26,426 bases of DNA from positions 1 to 26,426 of the forward strand of contig JBKGZT010000014.1 in the NCBI GenBank assembly GCA_046543235.1. The letters are read 5' to 3'. Below the pieces are notes generated by a model. The model was not told where the DNA came from. It saw nothing but the letters and a program-made list of their open reading frames with translations, and made no database searches. Positions 25,002 to 26,426 of the stretch are shown here, piece after piece. Source of the DNA: Candidatus Acetothermia bacterium. Lineage in GTDB: Bacteria; Bipolaricaulota; Bipolaricaulia; M55B111. The position numbers and the translations under genes were made by a program. Within the stretch, counting starts at the first letter, position 1. Every line of letters begins with the position of its first letter.

Positions 25002-26276
25002 CTACGTCTTAACTACTTTCAGATAGGAGATATCCAGCTCCAGAGAACGCCCGAGCACCTCCTCCAGCGCCCTTTTAAGTTCCTTACCCAGGTTCGCGGG
25101 ATAAGTATCGGAACGGAGCCTAACCGTGGCGGCCTCGATTTTTTCGAAGAAGAGGCCGCTCTTTTCTACCCGGAACGAAGTTACCTCCGCACCTGCCTCC
25201 GCGGCACGCTCTTCGGCTGTAGTTCTTAGCTGTCCTATCATTTGGGCGTTATTCCTCATCTGATAGGTGACCAGAGCTAGAAAGGTGGCGACGACCAGCA
25301 GGAGGACTATCAGGACAAATAGCCTGCTTTTCGTAACTTTTTCCGCCCCTTCCTGTTCGTACCATCTACCCGGCTCGTAGCCCTGAAACCAGAGCGTGAA
25401 GGTCCCCGCCAGGTTGATGCTTACCATGTTGATTAGCAGCAGAATGGAAGCTCCTCCGGCAATCTGGACGTTTGCAATTGAGATTCCTATGCCGGCTGCT
25501 GCCGCGGGGGGCAAAAGGGCCACGGAGATCATCACGCCAACCAGGGCGGAATTAACGCCCGCCGTCAAGGAGAAGGCTCCCGCGAGGCCTGATCCCAGGG
25601 CGACGACGAGGCTAAGGAAGCCCGGGTTAAGCTGGTTGGTAATCTGGTTTAACGAAAGCAGGTCCAGGTTACCGGGTAGAAGGACGGCCAGCGCCAGCCT
25701 GGTAAACGCTATGCTGCTGGCTATAGCCAGCAGGACACCCAGTACCTGCTTTTTCGTAGCCTGAAGAAAAAGCTCCTCGTCGTTTATCACCGTGCCGACA
25801 CAGCTTGACATGGCCGGACCTATAAGCGGGGCGATTACCATCGAGCCGACGACTACCGCCGCGTTATCCATCAGGATCCCGGCGGTCGCGATGATCGAGG
25901 CAGCGATCAGTAAAAGATAGTAAGTCGGGGAAGGGGGTACGAGGTTTTTGGCGCTGGTTTTTAACTCCTGACGGGCCAGCTTGCTTTCGTCGGTCTCTTC
26001 CGATTCCTCGTATCTTTCCTTGAGCTTTTCGAATTCCTCGGCGACGATGGCCTCTGCCTTCGTGACCACCGTGAACCCGTTTTTTTCCAGGCCTTCGTCC
26101 CTCAACTCGTCCAGTACCTCTTCTACTCCCTCCTTGGGTATGGGAAAGAAGAGGACGTCGCTGTACTTCCTCTGGGAGGTCTCAGGGCTGACCACGTAGT
26201 CTATTCCCCGCTCCCTGAGCAGGTTGATAATTGCCTCTTTTTTTCCTTCCGGTATTACTGCCTGAATAAGTCTCAT
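25002..26276 (-). CDS. TIGR00341/DUF389 family membrane protein
   Basis: MRLIQAVIP N-terminus, AVVVGSMVIAPLIGP, LVGVMISVALLPPA. Confidence 0.92.
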   Translation of the reverse strand: MRLIQAVIPEGKKEAIINLLRERGIDYVVSPETSQRKYSDVLFFPIPKEGVEEVLDELRDEGLEKNGFTVVTKAEAIVAEEFEKLKERYEESEETDESKLARQELKTSAKNLVPPSPTYYLLLIAASIIATAGILMDNAAVVVGSMVIAPLIGPAMSSCVGTVINDEELFLQATKKQVLGVLLAIASSIAFTRLALAVLLPGNLDLLSLNQITNQLNPGFLSLVVALGSGLAGAFSLTAGVNSALVGVMISVALLPPAAAAGIGISIANVQIAGGASILLLINMVSINLAGTFTLWFQGYEPGRWYEQEGAEKVTKSRLFVLIVLLLVVATFLALVTYQMRNNAQMIGQLRTTAEERAAEAGAEVTSFRVEKSGLFFEKIEAATVRLRSDTYPANLGKELKRALEEVLGRSLELDISYLKVVKT

Positions 26277-26426
26277 CTACCAAGCCACTCCGCAGTGTTT
26301 TTGTGTTTAAGTGGGAACTGCTGCCGTTCGACGGTTGGCTCTGTGCGTCTTCCCTGCACTTTGTTTCCTCGAAAAGCCCAACTTCTGGGGACATATTTTG
26401 AGAAATCCGAGGGTTCGGTGCAAATA

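Noticed and set aside
1-26426. CRISPR arrays, IS elements, prophage, tRNA/rRNA
   Set aside because: No regularly spaced repeats, transposase/integrase motifs or RNA-gene signatures were found by eye.

Overview
Chromosomal window from a bacterium: it has near-consensus sigma70 promoters, Shine-Dalgarno sites, a GGDEF protein and a CIRCE-like operator. Its proteins are Glu/Asp-rich and several genes look archaeal-type, consistent with a halophilic lineage (inference). Left to right it contains: a DUF302 / flavoprotein disulfide reductase / ferritin-like module; a PAS-PAS-GAF-GGDEF diguanylate cyclase; a stand-alone VirB11/CpaF-like ATPase; a complete trpEGDCFBA operon on the minus strand; hsp20; an HTH regulator; a ~10.7 kb plus-strand cluster; and a TIGR00341/DUF389 membrane protein. 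The cluster holds a hypothetical protein, a Tat-exported beta-rich protein, an internally duplicated Ig-like protein, a Liv-type ABC transporter, sdhAB/frdAB without an anchor gene, and a DoxX-family protein. Two things stand out. (1) The trp 5' region has a perfect promoter and an unannotated 27-aa W-L-W leader peptide with an attenuator. After the terminator, the only strong SD+ATG opens a second 27-codon Trp-containing ORF that is out of frame with trpE, raising the possibility of Trp-sensing +1 frameshifting or translational coupling (or simply an indel). (2) The plus-strand cluster is bracketed by an identical 14-bp near-palindrome and may be an undescribed redox/uptake system. No mobile elements, CRISPR arrays, tRNAs or rRNAs were seen.
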